A program made the position numbers and the translations under genes. The notes below the pieces were generated by a model. That model had not been told where the DNA came from, did no database searches, and saw nothing but the letters and a program-made list of their open reading frames with translations. A stretch of DNA of 64,000 nucleotides from Antedon mediterranea (lineage: Eukaryota; Animalia; Echinodermata): assembly GCF_964355755.1 (NCBI RefSeq), contig NC_092675.1:21548912-21612911 (forward strand), in the 5' to 3' direction. The number at the start of each line of letters is the position of its first letter. The first letter of the stretch is position 1. Shown here in pieces: positions 1 to 13,762 of this stretch.

Positions 1-530
1 TACGATACGATACGATACAACTTTTTTGATTACAGCTATGAGATATGGGTCTATAAGTACACTCGAGTAAAATAAATATAACATAAATTACAAGACTAAA
101 TAAATAATAAACAAGGAAATATAACAGAAACATGAGTAATTATCGGAATAGCGTTTGAAATCTCTATTATACAACCTGATAGCTGATGGAATATATGTGT
201 TTATAAATCTATTTGTTTTGACTTTGGGGTGGAGTAATCTAAATGATCTACAGGTAACAAGGGTATCAAAGACAGGGTGAGTAACATCAGAAATAATACA
301 ATTAAGTTTTTTAGACATCATTTCATTACATAAGTGTTCTAACAATTTAACATCGGTGCCTATAATCTTACCCGCTTGCTTAATATTCGAATTTAATTTT
401 TCTTACTATCTAAGTTCAGTTCATTTAACCATATAATGATACAAAATGAAAGAGCAGATTGTACAACAGAAACGTAACGTAACATTACATTTTCTCATTC
501 TACGTAGAAAGTACATTCTTTTATTTGACA
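1..530 (-). mobile_element. 3' end of a decayed non-LTR retrotransposon (Rex1/Babar-like) with (TCGTA)n tail
   Basis: Minus-strand remnants NKRMYFLRRMRKCNV, VVQSALSFCIIIW and HPVF...KTNRFINTYIPSAIRLYN resemble the C-terminus of Rex1/Babar ORF2. A 3' UTR follows and ends in (tcgta)n at window start. Confidence 0.7.
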
Positions 531-1066
531 TTTAATATAAACTATATATATACATTATATATAAACAAAAGTAATGCCTAGATATTCTATTAAAAAATAA
601 TGTTGTTATAATAAACTTGTATCCAAATTGAAAAGTGATTTAATATGTACTGTCAAATAGTTTCGGTAAATTTGAATAAATGATTAATTAGAAACACTCG
701 TGAGTTTCGATATAAAAAAACTTACAATTATTGGTTATTAAGTCGAAAGAGGTTCAGAAAGTAACAACTAATGAGGAAATTTAATGAGCATATGGAGCTT
801 TCGATTTGCGACGAATTGATATGTCATCGGTCGTCGCCTGTACATAAACCTCCAAAACTGTGTAGAGGTATTATAGCGAGGAAGCTTCCCCGCATGCGCA
901 CAATGAATTAATAGGTCGAGATCGTCGCAAATAGTAGCTGCCCCCTTTAATGGTTAAACTAACGTAATAGTAAAGGTATTAGTCTTATCTATCGGGGGCA
1001 TGATGGCATCGATAATTGTAAGCCTACAACTGGTATTTTGGTATTGAATTAAGTGAAGAAAACATA

Positions 1067-4000
1067 ATGTTCCTTACAACAAATAGTTATGTAATGTTAA
1101 TTGCTGTGCTGCTGTTGAACACTAATCAATCAAGGTAACTGAAGCATTATTGTTTGTTTGTTTGTTGTTATTTTGGTGATACACACCAAAGATAGCCAAC
1201 TAAATCCGTAGACTTGTTTCGGTGTGGTCCTTCTGGTGGTGAATTGGGCAGTACACCTGGAGACAATCTCCATCTTTTTTCGAAGAGTATAGGGCCTACT
1301 GCGTTCATGTTGCACGTCTCATTCGAAAGACGGTGCGCTATCTACATGTAAACATATTCTAACTCGCAAGTTGGTACAAACGGAGAGCGGCAGTGGGAAT
1401 CGAACCGTGGACCAAAGGAAACCTATGGAATGTCACGGTTCAGTGACTACCACCAGTTGCTAATTTAAACAATAAATTAAATAATGATCATCTATTTTAA
1501 TTACAGTGGATTTTCCTGTATGACAGCAGACAACTGTTTCCTCATCCTACATCAGGATGGAAAATACATTTATAAAGAGTTTACTGAATCTGACGATGAT
1601 TGTTCAGGTAATTTCCCGTACTAATCTTCCCCTCCCACCATTGTCACAATCATAATCGCCATCATCATAAATTATCACCTTCAACCACCATTTTATTCTT
1701 TATATCATCTCCTCATCACCATCAATCATCATTGTCATGATCATTTTAAATATTATTTCATTCTCTCTTCCCACCAAATCACCATCAATTATTATCAGCC
1801 ACAGCATCAACATCTTCTTCTTTACTCATTCAAAATCAGAATTATCATGTTATCAATCATACGCCTACACTTTAATAATAATAATAATTTTCATTATTTA
1901 CCATCATCAGTATCATCGAAAATTAATTAATTTCTAGTATATCACCATAGTTACCTAATGCCTGTAAATTCAATATTATAAGCTTACATTTATCAACATT
2001 TCCTTTAACATTTAGGCCCATGCTATTTATTTTCTTTAAAAACCGAAAAAGAAGAATCGTGTCTTCAGACTGATAAAGAATGCGCCCTCCGAGGAGGGAA
2101 GATCGCTTCTATAGACGGTGACAATTACAATGGAATAAAGAACATGGTGTTAACCATATTCATATTTCAATCAACGAGCACGTTTAATGCTATTATGGGC
2201 GGACAGGAAGAGGAGCAGTGCATTAATGTATCAATACATGATGGCTATATATGGAATGATGCTACTGTAACGAAAATTGGTGAGCATGATGAATACACTG
2301 TTAATTCCTTCCTGTGTGAACAAGGTGAGAATTAAATAGCATTAGTTTAAGATGTTTAGGATCGGTGATGAATTAAATATTATTAAGAAAGTTTAGTAAA
2401 CTTAATTCAGTATAGTGGTAGAATAAATACTCCACTGAATTAAACATAGACAACATTATTTTTTTTAATTAAGACTTCCATTGATTTGATGAAAAAAAAA
2501 TTATTGTTATCAAAGACAGCATAAATGGTTATCCTATAGTTCTAGAATAAAATCATGTTGCAGTTTAATCTTCAATATTGAGAACTGTATGTTATAGAGG
2601 CCTATTGTAATAATGTTTCTATTCAATACATCTTAAGCAAAGTGGAGCTACACTCAGACTTTCTCAGCTTATATTATGTTTAAGTATGTTTAATTGAAAG
2701 TGATTACATAAAAAAAACCAGGAAAAATACGGAAATATTTTCCAAAAACTCATTTCTAAAAAATCGGTCAGAAAATAGTGTTTTTTAACAAATTACAGTT
2801 TTTCAGTAACTTAGGGGTTATTAGTTTACAATACGTCGCGAAACGCGTTACACTTAGCGACTGACGCGTTTTAGTCGCTGGTCAACGCATTGTGGAAATT
2901 TCTTCCCTTTGGTAAATTATGTGTCGAAAAATGGGGAATAAATTCTATACACACAATTAATACGATTTGTTTAGGCCTAAGTAATATTTCCGATAAGAAT
3001 GTCAGTATAATTTACATGTAACCTCATGATTTTCACTGTACAACAACAACAGCATTATAATCTTATCAGATTGCTTTTAACTTTAAGCTAGGGCTAGGCC
3101 TAGCTAAGCCGTCTGCTCAGCCTAGCTAGGCTTGAATTTTTGTCTAGAGGCCTATGTATTCATAGGCATGGTCGTTTCGCCCCATTTATCGTTCCTGGGT
3201 TTTCTCGCATATTAAGAACTGTGAAACACAAAATCCTATACAGAACAAGAGTAGTAAAGAATAGTAAAGCGATGTGCAAGCTTAGACCTGACTGAAAAGC
3301 AACTATTCAGGCACCCTATCATGGCCCATGGGTAGGCCAAGGTCGGGTGACAGCAAAACAAACTTCACTGCTGTCAGCCTAGCCTAGCTAGAGGCCAAGC
3401 CACTAAGCAGCATCGGTACATACCTACACTCTAGTAGGCCTAGGCCTAGCTTTATTGAATATATAGCCACATCTTTCTCAAATCTCGTTAAATTTGACAT
3501 TTTAGTAATAGTCTCATAATCACATTATTACACTGTGAAACATAATAGGGTCACATTCAGAATGTTTTAATATACTTTTCGCCCGTCAAAAATAACATCG
3601 CGACAAAATAACAGATCGCCAGCTGCAGTAGTGTGTGATTGTGAAAAATGTCACGTGATCGGACTCCCTAGCAAAATAAAAAACCCAATTGGACCCGAAC
3701 GGGGGAAAGTGTCTATTTACGCAAAATTGCGCAATGTATACGTGATAAAAATACCAGAAATAGAAAGATCTAGAAAAATTACATAAATATACATTTTACT
3801 TTTTTTTTTTGGTGAAGAAATGAATTTTTTAGGATTATTCAAATATACCCCCCTTTTGCATGTAAAAGAATAGGAAATTACAAGGTATCCCCCCAAAACG
3901 CAAAAAGGCGTGATTTTCAAGAAAATCGTACTCATTGAAAAAAATTTCAAAAAAATATGAAGTATAAGGGATGATATTTTTAAATAATAGTTGAAATGTA

Positions 4001-5024
4001 TGAAAAATAGTAATTTTCTGGGTGGAGCTCCACTTTAAGCAAAACGACAAGTGACATGAAAAAGAAAACCGCACCAAAAAGGCCTTTGTGAACTTACAGT
4101 AAGCCTAAAGTATAAATATAAATGCGCCAGGAGATAATGTTTTGCCCTCTCTGACCATGGATTCATTCATTAATCCATGCTCTGACATATTGCTCAATTA
4201 TGCAGGCCTATTATTAACAAATTGTGTCAGCATAGGGTAAAGATATCACCAATATTGGTTTATATTAATATAAATGCTGTTTCTTTAGTTATCGACGGAC
4301 CACCTAAAACAGCGCTGCCATCATCAACAACTTTAGAGAAAAACCAAGAGGACAGTGAAGTGGAGAAGATAAGCATTTCAACAGTAGTCATTATCGTCGT
4401 AGTAGTAATCATTATTTTAGCATTGACCATCATGTTGACTGCCTTTTTATTTAAAAACAAAAATAAGCAGACAAAAAGGTAATTCAGTATATTTAAACCT
4501 AAGTACTGTACTGTATAATCGTGAATGATGATATACGCGCTCGGCGTTTCACTAGTTAAATTATCCATTTCTTTTTTTTTGGTAAAGGGCACGAGCACAG
4601 ATAGCGACCGTTAGAACCAGCTGTAAGTAAAATGTATTTTACACGTTTTATTTTGTATTTGCCCTAAGTCTCTCGCATCACAAGCAATGATCAAAATACA
4701 TCTTCATAGCCTATAAATATCATATTAAATCAAGAACTGCTGCACTACATTTTTTCACCAGCAACTGGGTTTGATTAATTTAAAATTAATGTCGCCTCGT
4801 AGTTTTTAATTGTGTTATTCTCTATAGGTCATTTGACTCCTAATGTTTTTAACGAACCAAGCAAATCAAACGATGACTATTACAGCACAATAAATGTCGC
4901 CTATAGTAAAACGATAGAACCTGAATGTGTGACGTCACATGATAATCATAGCAGAAGGCATGTCGAGCTAAATGTTGAAGTTATGGGTGATCAGACTTAT
5001 GACCGTCGTATTATTAATGGATAA
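1067..5024 (+). CDS. Type I transmembrane C-type lectin-domain receptor, 6 exons, 299 aa
   Basis: Phase-compatible GT-AG exons 1067-1134, 1507-1607, 2016-2324, 4289-4478, 4588-4622, 4828-5024 (900 nt, open). Signal peptide MFLTTNSYVMLIAVLLL; CTLD-like CYLF...C..RGGKIASI...C...WND...FLCE; TM VVIIVVVVIIILALTIMLTAFLF; tail with DDYYSTI and DQTYDRR. Confidence 0.8.
1148..1455 (-). mobile_element. tRNA-headed SINE with Deu/Nin-like central domain, in intron 1 of the lectin gene
   Basis: Minus strand has B-box GGTTCGATTCCC, then GCACCGTCTTTCGAATGAGACG...CTTCGAAAAAAGA...TCTCCAGGTGTACTG (resembles the DeuSINE core), then an (AAAC)n tail. Confidence 0.6.
2641..4034. mobile_element. Non-autonomous DNA transposon (Kolobok-like) in lectin intron 3
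   Basis: TIR AGTGGAGCTACACTCAG / CTGGGTGGAGCTCCACT. TTAA on the right flank, degenerate GCAA on the left. No transposase. Confidence 0.6.
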
Positions 5025-5474
5025 TCAACATACTCATAAAATACCTATTTTGTCTTCTTTATACCGGTCATAAGCGTAGCCGGATGAAAGGGTAAGGGGT
5101 GATGAGTGTGTAAATTTGTAAAATCAAGGTAAATGCATGGTAAACTTACAGACTCGTATCAGATGACTGTCAATAGTCAGTTATGATCTACAATGAGACA
5201 TCTGCATAATCTGGAAAGTTCATAATGATATACAAATAGTTTCTTTTTACTGCCAAGAATCTTGATAGCCTATCTCCTCCTGTAAAAATAGATTGTATAG
5301 GAGAAATGTGTAGCTGAGTTAATTCAGAATAGACAACTTTTGATTATTAAGAAGCAGCTGCAGACATATTTTTAGCTTACTTGATAAACTTGCCCCATTA
5401 TTTTCATTTTTCTTGTTTCAATGTATGTAGATTTAACGAAAGATTATGAATAATGAAATAAAAGATTCGCCTAT

Positions 5475-5765
5475 AATGTGTTTTGATGTTCTTTTGTCTA
5501 TTTATAAATACTTGAAAATACTTGTTTTAACCAATTTGACGGTAGGACTCTCTACTATTCTATTTTTTTTTTAAATAGACCTATACGGATATTTTGTAAA
5601 CATAAACAGCTTTATCATTTTGTTTTAGGCCAAATGTGTTTTTTGAAGTTATTTTGACTATTTATAAATTCTTACAAATATTTGCTTTAATCAATTTGAT
5701 GGTAGGCCTAGATACTACTTTTTTTTAAAGTAGCCCTATACAGACATTTTGTTTACATAAAAAAT
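5475..5765. repeat. Diverged direct duplication, period ~158 bp
   Basis: aatgtgttttg...tatttataaat...caatttgayggtagg...cctatacrga.attttgt occurs twice in tandem. Confidence 0.6.
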
Positions 5766-6319
5766 CTCTATCATTTTGTCTATATTTGAACTTTATCAAA
5801 ACGAAAAAGAAAACAAAACTAATAAAAGTAATCCAATTAGAAAGAGAAAGTTTCAAGTGAAAATGACCTATTATGTATTGGCATTTCTGATGAAAACCAT
5901 CATTAATCACCAAGTAACATCATCTTTTCAAATTCCGTATACTAATAAAACAAAACGAAAAAGGTTTTTTTGAGGAGGCCTACAGAATAAACAATGGCAG
6001 GTAGACTGAACAGTTTTTGGACACATTAACTAATATGCAAACAATATGACACGCGATAACCGTCATTGTCAAAAGTAAAAAAATCTTTTTTTTAATTCAA
6101 CTGTGATATGAAGTGATCTTCAGTAACATTTGAAAGTATAACTTACCGATAGTGGGTTCTACTACAAGTGTGTCCCAAAACAAAAAGCCACAGGAAGTGT
6201 ATGTACTATAACTTGTAGCTGGCTGATGCTGTACCTTTGTGACATACTCTTGTTGAAGTAGTACATACGTTTTGTCTTCGTTTTGTTACAAACACATACA
6301 CAAGTATGTTTATTTATTA

Positions 6320-9300
6320 GCAAATATCCCATTAACAAACATTGTAAATGCTTCCTTTAGGCAATCTTGTGTACCTCGGCAATGGAAAGACATGTGTGTG
6401 ACATGTGACATGAAAGTGTGTCCTATTCCAAAAGAGCCGATTAAACACGATAAACTAAGACCAGTTTCTTTGACTTCACAATTTGCCAAAGTAGCTGAAG
6501 GAATTGTATACAGCCTCTTGTTAAACGATGTTGGACCGAATATGGACACTAGCCAGTATGGGTGTATGAACAGTGGCGTATCCAGTAGGGGGCTGGGGGG
6601 GCCCGGGCCCCCCTTGATTTCGTTTCCGTCGGCACATCATCGCGGCCGTCGGCAAACAAAGGTGCCGGGGAAAAAAATAAACTATTTATTCTGACAATAA
6701 TTGAACTGTAAACATAATTCTTTTGAGTGTTTGTTTATTTACATATCATACTGTATCATCATTGATCCCTTCAGATCAACTATTTTTTATTTTCATTACA
6801 TCTAACGAAACACGTAAAAAAATGTGTAGCACGTACGTACGGCCGTGCGCGGTAGATTGTTTACTCAAAAGTCTTTGACCTTACCCTAAAACCTTGTTTT
6901 TGCATGCAGTTGAGCCTCTCATTACCTGGGATTTGTATGTCTTCCTACGCTAAGAGATTATATAGTTCCACATGCCATGTGCTTTTTTGTCTAAGATATA
7001 TTTATTATAAGTGCCAAAAACCCGTTTTTTCTCTCGATATGAGGCCTTTATTATTCAAAATTTTTAAAGAAAAAGCACATAATATGTGCTTATGGTATAT
7101 TATACCATAAAAAATATCCATGTATTTCATTTTTGGAACAGAATATTCCGTGAGGCTCAACTACAAAACCACCATTTTGTGATATGATGTCATCGTAAGC
7201 CAATCAAAGCTGAGCTTTCTCTCGATTGGCATTGCTCACGTTTGAATGATTTAGGATTCTAGCTGATTTGATTGGTGGATGCGTATCACCCGCAGCGGAA
7301 TGTTTTCTCTCGCGCGTGTACCATAAATCTCTCTGATCGTTACCACACAAAGTTAGAGCAATGAATTTGTCCGAATTCCGTTAAGTAAACAACTTTATAT
7401 ATTTTATAAGCATTTAATAACATCTTTTATTGATATTTCCAATGGTGATATATAAAATAAATTACTAAAAAACGTAATTATATGTAATTATTTTAACCAA
7501 AAATGGCATAGTTAATAGAATTGTCGACTGAGGCCGCAAATTGTTTTACTTCTTTCGTGGCTAAAAACGATCATTTTCGGCGATGTTTTAGACCCTATAT
7601 TTCGAAAACTACAAATCAGATTTTCCTAATTCTTTCTTTATTGTAATATGAATACAACATACTAACAGATAATGTTGGTTTGGTTTTAATTTTGCATCGT
7701 TATCCCATATAAGACAATATGACTATGTAATCCTAGAACATATATTGATCAGAGACGTCGTGTTTGTACAGATAATGACACCAATTTTGTCGGCAAATTG
7801 GCAATTCCCGCCCCCTCCCCCCAACTTCAAAATCCTGGATACGCCACTGTGTATGAAAAGATGCTCTACATCCCATCACCTGATTGACATGCTCAACTTT
7901 CTTTATAAAGGAACTGATAAGCCGCGCATAACAGGACGCTTGGTTATAACAGATTAACAGATTTCGTTAAAGCATTTGATGATGCAGCAAGTAATGTCTT
8001 GCACTTGGTGCCAAATCCTGGATTGTTGATTGAATATGTAACTTTTTCTCTGGAAGGCGCCAAAGAGTCAAGTACCAATCGACTTTGACAGACTGGGAAA
8101 CCTTATCCTATGGTGTGCCACAAGGTACTAAGCTTAGAGAAACTGTGTTCCGTGCCGCCATCAACGATGCTGTGAAAAAAGCAAATTGTGAAAAGTGGAA
8201 GTTCGTTGATGATCTTTCACTGGGTGAGGTAGTTAACTCTAATGCCACGTCAACTTAATAACATGATGTTGATGATTTGGTCGAATGGGCAACCATGAAC
8301 AAATTTTAATTGAACCTATTAAAATGCAAACAACTTGAATTTTGTTTCATGATGTCGCCACCCCAAATGACACCTATCAACATAAATGGCCGTGAATTAG
8401 AAACAGTTAACTATGCAAAAGTACTTGGTGTTTTCATTCAGGATGATTTAAAATTTGATGTCCAGGTTGACCATACTTATACTTAGTAATGGAGGAAGAC
8501 GTCTACACATGCTTAACCTCTTAAAAAAGTTTGGGATTCCTTATTTTTCCTATGTTAGACCAATTTTCGAGTATGCAATACCAGAATGGCACTCTAGGTT
8601 TACTGCTGCGCAGACAAATGCCATAGTGTCCATGTAAAAACGTGCATTTTAGATAATGTTTGGTAAAAATTACCAAGACTACAACACTTCCCTTAAAATT
8701 CTGAATATTAAACGACTAGGTGAACGCCGCGAAAATATATGTCGCAAATTTACTTCAGATTGTATTACATCTAATAAATTCAAGGATTGGTTTATTAGAA
8801 ACCCTGAGCTTTCTGTTAGACTTAGGAAAAGAAAAGAATTTGTTGAGCCCCTATGTAAAACAAACCGATACTATAATAGCCCTATGCTTTATCTTACACG
8901 CCTCTTTAATGAGAGATAGACTTTAATTCAGTAAAACTAAAGAAATTTTGTAAAGATGTATAAATAAATTAAACATAATATATGTGAATATGTACAAATA
9001 AATATAATCAATTAATAACTCCATAATATCACATTTTTTAACTATATCAAATTTCATAATCTTGTAAATAAATTATCAATTGCCCTATTTCCCTTACTTA
9101 TTTAATTGAATTTTTAAATGTGTAGATAAATTTTAGCTAAATTTGTATTTTTATGTATTTTTCTTGTGCAATATGTTTAATTCCACTTTTGCTGGTTCCT
9201 TGATTTGTACGTGCACTTTATATACTGTTTTATGCCTGTTTTAAATGTTTTTATATTTGTAAGTATCATGTAATTCAGCCATTGGCTGCGATTTTGATAT

Positions 9301-9320
9301 GCAATAAAATGAAATGAAAA
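6320..9320 (+). mobile_element. 5'-truncated, decayed CR1/L2-group LINE (RT and 3' UTR), split by a hAT insertion
   Basis: RT motifs across frames: PIPK...LRPVSLTSQFAKVAE...QYG, DFVKAFD, GVPQGTKL, KFVDDL, YVRPIFEYAIPEWH, RRENICRKF, TNRYYNSP. Many stops and frameshifts. 3' end aattcagccattggctg...aataaa(atgaa)n. Confidence 0.85.
6571..7849. mobile_element. Non-autonomous hAT (Tip100-like) transposon
   Basis: Perfect 15-bp TIR CAGTGGCGTATCCAG / CTGGATACGCCACTG and perfect 8-bp TSD TGTATGAA (6563-6570, 7850-7857). It splits the LINE RT at QYGCM|KRCST. Confidence 0.9.
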
Positions 9321-10252
9321 TATCTTCTTTTCAACGTTAAAAAATGTCAAGAATTTCTAAACATAAACACAAAATAAGAAATGTACATTGAAATTCATAC
9401 AGGATATAGGCGAGTTTCTTAGAACGAGATGATTTTATACTAATAGAATAGAATATTATTTAAAACAAGGTTATAAAACGAATTTAGCTCACTTGTAATA
9501 CAAACAAGTACTACTAAGAAGGATGTACACAAAAGATGGTTTGAGCACATTGAGGCCCGTTTTGTACTCCATCATGTTATACAGAACATTAAGACATAAT
9601 GTGTTTACTTTATTTATGAACAAATTAAGCTAAATACTTTAAATTATTATTACTAACCCATTTGTGTTCAAAGTATGCATATAGTTCCATAAAAATACAT
9701 TGATAACAACTACAAAAACCAAGTAACGGAGAGCCATTCTGTAGAGTAAGTAAAACGGTTAGGTTAGTTAGGTTCTATTGCAAAATTACTTTTATGTTGT
9801 TTTCTATCTAAGCTAAATTAGGTAAGGTTGCAAAACTAAGCTGTGTTTTGTTTTAAGTTCAGTGTTAAGTATTGTTATACTTAAGGACATCATTTTTTAA
9901 ATACTATAAGATAGAAGATTGATAGTATAAGTCTTTCCTGAGAGTAATGTTTCAATCTTTTATACAATATTGTTTTATTAATATGGTTTTTCATAGTGTG
10001 GCTTTATAGGAAGTTATTCTGTGATTACACTGCATCTCCTGACTCTTGTGATCGATACTTTACCTCCTTTCAGAAAGGAATAATGTGTTATAAAGTGTTA
10101 ATTTGAGTGTTTTAGTTATCAACTGCATTTTATGGTATAGTAATCTAAGTAAACAGAACCGCAGTAAAGGTCTTTAAATTTAATGTTTTATTACATGTTG
10201 ATGTACTATACTGTTTTGTATAATCTTACTAGTAAATAAAGTTAAGTGGACA

Positions 10253-11543
10253 TAAGGGCAAAAAAAAAAAAAATAGTTTGTTTGCTGTCATCCGCCGCCC
10301 CTAATTTCGCCAAAAATTTTGGGCGGAGATAAGAAAAAGTTTTTTTTTTACGTTGAGGGCGCTTTAAAAAAAAAAGTTTTTTTATGATTTTTTTTGACCG
10401 AAAAGGTGTAAAAATCGAGTGTGCGAGGATGAAACAATAAAATAATAACGTAGAGTATATTTCGGTGTATAATCGCACTTTTGACACGCAAATTTAACCT
10501 CTAAATTAAGGGTGCGTCTTATACACCGAACATAAATGCCTCAACACACAGATATCACCACCTCGTTGGCTAGGCCTGGGCTTTTTAAGGTAAGGCCTAG
10601 GCCTATAGTATTAGTATTACTAAAGTCTAAAGAGTAGGCCTAGCCTAGACAGTGTACTAGCGTAACAGCAACCTGCTAGTTTTCAAGGCATTTTAGCGTG
10701 ATTTTGTACTAAATATGATGAAAAGATTTGTTTATTATGGAGCTGTTTTAGGCGCTCCGATAAAATTTCATTTGTAAACGTTGACGATTGGAATATTATT
10801 ATAGTTATACGCATGACCGTCGTACCCTCAGCGCGAGCGAGCCCTTCTTGGCAACCACATTGTGTACACAGTATTCGACTAGTATATTCTCCAGTTGATT
10901 ATAGCATAGACCTAGCGTACACACTTCTAGGATACATAGATACTAATCGAATACGATTGTCCGTGAAAACGTGCGCCTCTCGATAAAAGGATCGAGCGAG
11001 GCTAGCCCACATACACGTGCGGTCATGCACTCGATGTTGCGAGTGCGAAACTCATGAATAACAAGTTAGAAAGAACTGACGGAATGGGGGACTTCCCTTC
11101 TTGTTGAGGCTGGGCGCGGCCGTCTTATACATCGACGATATACAAAATACCGATATTCTACTCTCAGTTAGGGGGTGCGTCTTATACACAGTGACAGGTG
11201 CGACTTATACACCGAAATATACGGTACACTAACTTCTAAAATATTTAATTAGGCCTGCTAACAACGACCTACTGTGTAGTAGGCCTAGCCTAGGCTAGTT
11301 TAGACACGGGGCCTAACGCGCCCAAAACAGAATTAAAGTGTGAAACAAATTATGAATAGATGTTTGAGCTCGTTGTTTTATTCAGTGTGTTTTGTTACTC
11401 TCAAATTTGCGTACAATTAACAGAGAAATTAACATTTAAAAAAAACAAAAAACAAAAAACTTTTTTCCACCCGCCCTCCCCCCCCCCCCTATCAAAAAAA
11501 AAAAAAACTTGACAGCAAACAAACAATTTTTTTTTTAGGCCTA
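10253..11543. mobile_element. Unclassified non-autonomous TIR element
   Basis: Imperfect inverted termini taagggc(A)n tagtttgtttgctgtca / tgacagcaaacaaacaa(T)n aggccta. Confidence 0.6.
10453..11224. mobile_element. pogo/Tc2-like MITE nested in the previous element
   Basis: TA flanks; TIR gtatatttcggtgtataa(g)tcgcac; subterminal GGGTGCGTCTTATACAC repeats at both ends. Confidence 0.7.
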
Positions 11544-11617
11544 ATGTTGTTACACACCCTGAATACTTTTTGATTTTGAGTGGACGTGCACTCCGTTTAC
11601 TAGTTTAGCTAGTCCGC

Positions 11618-11772
11618 TAATTACTCATGTTTCTGTTACATATTTTCTTTGTTTATTATTGATTTAGTCTTGTAATTTATGTTATATTTATTTTACTCGA
11701 GTGTACTTATATACCCATATCTCATAGCTGTAATTTTTGCCTTTGTGACAATAAAGTTTTATCGTATCGTAC
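11618..11772 (+). mobile_element. Short 3' UTR fragment of the same LINE family as 1-530
   Basis: Near reverse complement of 1-142, ending aataaagttttatcgtatcgta. Confidence 0.75.
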
Positions 11773-12009
11773 AATAATTCCCAGTTTGTACTATTTAATT
11801 TTACAATTGAAATGCTATTTACTACATGACGAGATCATCTGCAGTCGCAATGATTTTGGTAAACTTGTGCAGTGTTATAATATAACGTATAATATAACGT
11901 CCTTCGTCTACTCCATGGAGAAATAATTTAGTTAACTTACTGTATTACTGTTATTTCTTCATGACTACACGTAATACTCGCGTCAGTCCGAAATACGCAG
12001 AATTCTTTA

Positions 12010-12575
12010 AACTTGAGGACGCTAAACTAATCCAAAACACCTCATCTTGAAAGCGCTATTAATTTACCAAAATACTTCCACTTGATTGCGATATCATATT
12101 AATTTTACCAAAACACATTACCTTGAAGGTGCAAACAATTTTCTAAAATTCAAAAAGTTGTCCAAAATACGCGATCTTTAAACAAAAAAGGCAATGTAGG
12201 GTCTCTAATACTTTTACAAATTACGTCAACGTTTGGGTGTCAACAATTTTCTAGGGAGCCTTTCCAAATGTTGCCTTTATCGTCAGAACTCAACGTGTAT
12301 CATATTATGTATATTGTGTATATCAAATAGTATCCTAATATTATAACACGACGTTTCTTCACGTAAAATAAGTACATTTTAGTTTCAAACGAAATACATT
12401 CGAAAATAAAAATATTAATGAAGCATTGACGTGTTATGGACAATTCTCGTATTTTGGAAAAAAAATAAAAGCGCCGTCAGATTGACGTATTTTTGTGGAA
12501 AATTAATAGCTTCTTCAAGTTGATGTATTTTGGAAAGAATCGCGCATTTATTTATTAGTTTAGCGCCCTCAAGTT
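12010..12575. mobile_element. Old foldback/MITE
   Basis: aacttgaggacgctaaactaat versus attagtttagcgccctcaagtt, plus further degenerate inverted blocks. Confidence 0.5.
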
Positions 12576-13285
12576 AACGTATTTAGGAAAAATAATTCTC
12601 ACTCACTCTTTTTTTTTAATTAATATTTTTTCTAGAAATCGGTAAAAGAGGGGTTTTTTTAAACTTGAGTTGCTTGTCAATAAGAAATAAAAGCAGAACA
12701 ATGTTACGGTACTTCTTACTTCTTCCTGACACAAAAGTAGTTAAATTGTCATTAACTTGTTTACATCTTGTTACCAATATTGAAGGACTTTATTTCCTCG
12801 TTGGACGGAGTTTCTAAATCCGAGGATATTTATTTAGCATATTGTCTTCCAGCTGAATACGCGTATTTGCTTGGTCTGCTCCTTTTAAAGTAAAATTCAC
12901 TTGGTAAGTTAATTTCGATAGATAGAATGTATGTGTATTGCCTTCTTTGATTAAAATCGTTTATATTTTTGATAATGATGATTTTTCATTTAAAAGTTCA
13001 TTTCTTGTACAAAGAAGATTCTGTATTATTAATAATTTTAATATAGCTTGATACTATTTTGAATCTATACCGGATACCAAAAATTACGTCACATTTTGTA
13101 GTCTGGTATTATACTGTTTTGTTTTCAAATTAGATTTTTTTGAACATTTTGTGCGTTTATTTCTGTAATAGTATACGAAGCCTATTTACAAGATAAAATG
13201 TATTTTTATTGTCACTGTTGAAAAAATACTCTACATTTTTTCCTGATGCTTATACAAACAAGTTCAAAATTAATACATAGGTTAA

Positions 13286-13762
13286 AGATGTATTGTCCCT
13301 TTGACAAAGATTTCGAAAAAAAAGTGGGTCATTTTGAAGTATCATAATAGTTATTAACTTTCACCAAAAATTAGTCGAAAAACAAATCATTTACCTGAAA
13401 TACAGACGTTTTTTTGTTAAAAAAAACATATCTCATAATTCAACGTGCTTGTTTCGCTACTCTGTAGGCCTATGCATAATCATAAAACTTCCTCGCGAAC
13501 TGTGTGAAAACACCTTTTCAACCGTGACGAGTTGTAAATAATTCTAATTAGCATCTTGCATAATGCATTCTCGTGGTTTGAAATCTTTGTTTACTTTCGC
13601 TCGCATGTAATCAAATTAATTTACCTGTTAGCTACGTAAACTTTTTGTTTTTGGCTCGAATTTTCGACTAAAGTGAACAACTTTAATATTACCTTGATAT
13701 GGCCAATTTAAATTTAGAATATATTGACTTTCATTTTTTGTGTTTCAAGGGACAATACATCT
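13286..13762. mobile_element. Kolobok-like MITE
   Basis: TIR AGATGTATTGTCCCT / AGGGACAATACATCT with TTAA TSD on both sides. Confidence 0.8.

Noticed and set aside
782-950. Short inverted repeat atttgcgacga/tcgtcgcaaat upstream of the lectin gene
   Set aside because: Possibly a very old TTAA-type MITE, but the termini are too degenerate to call.
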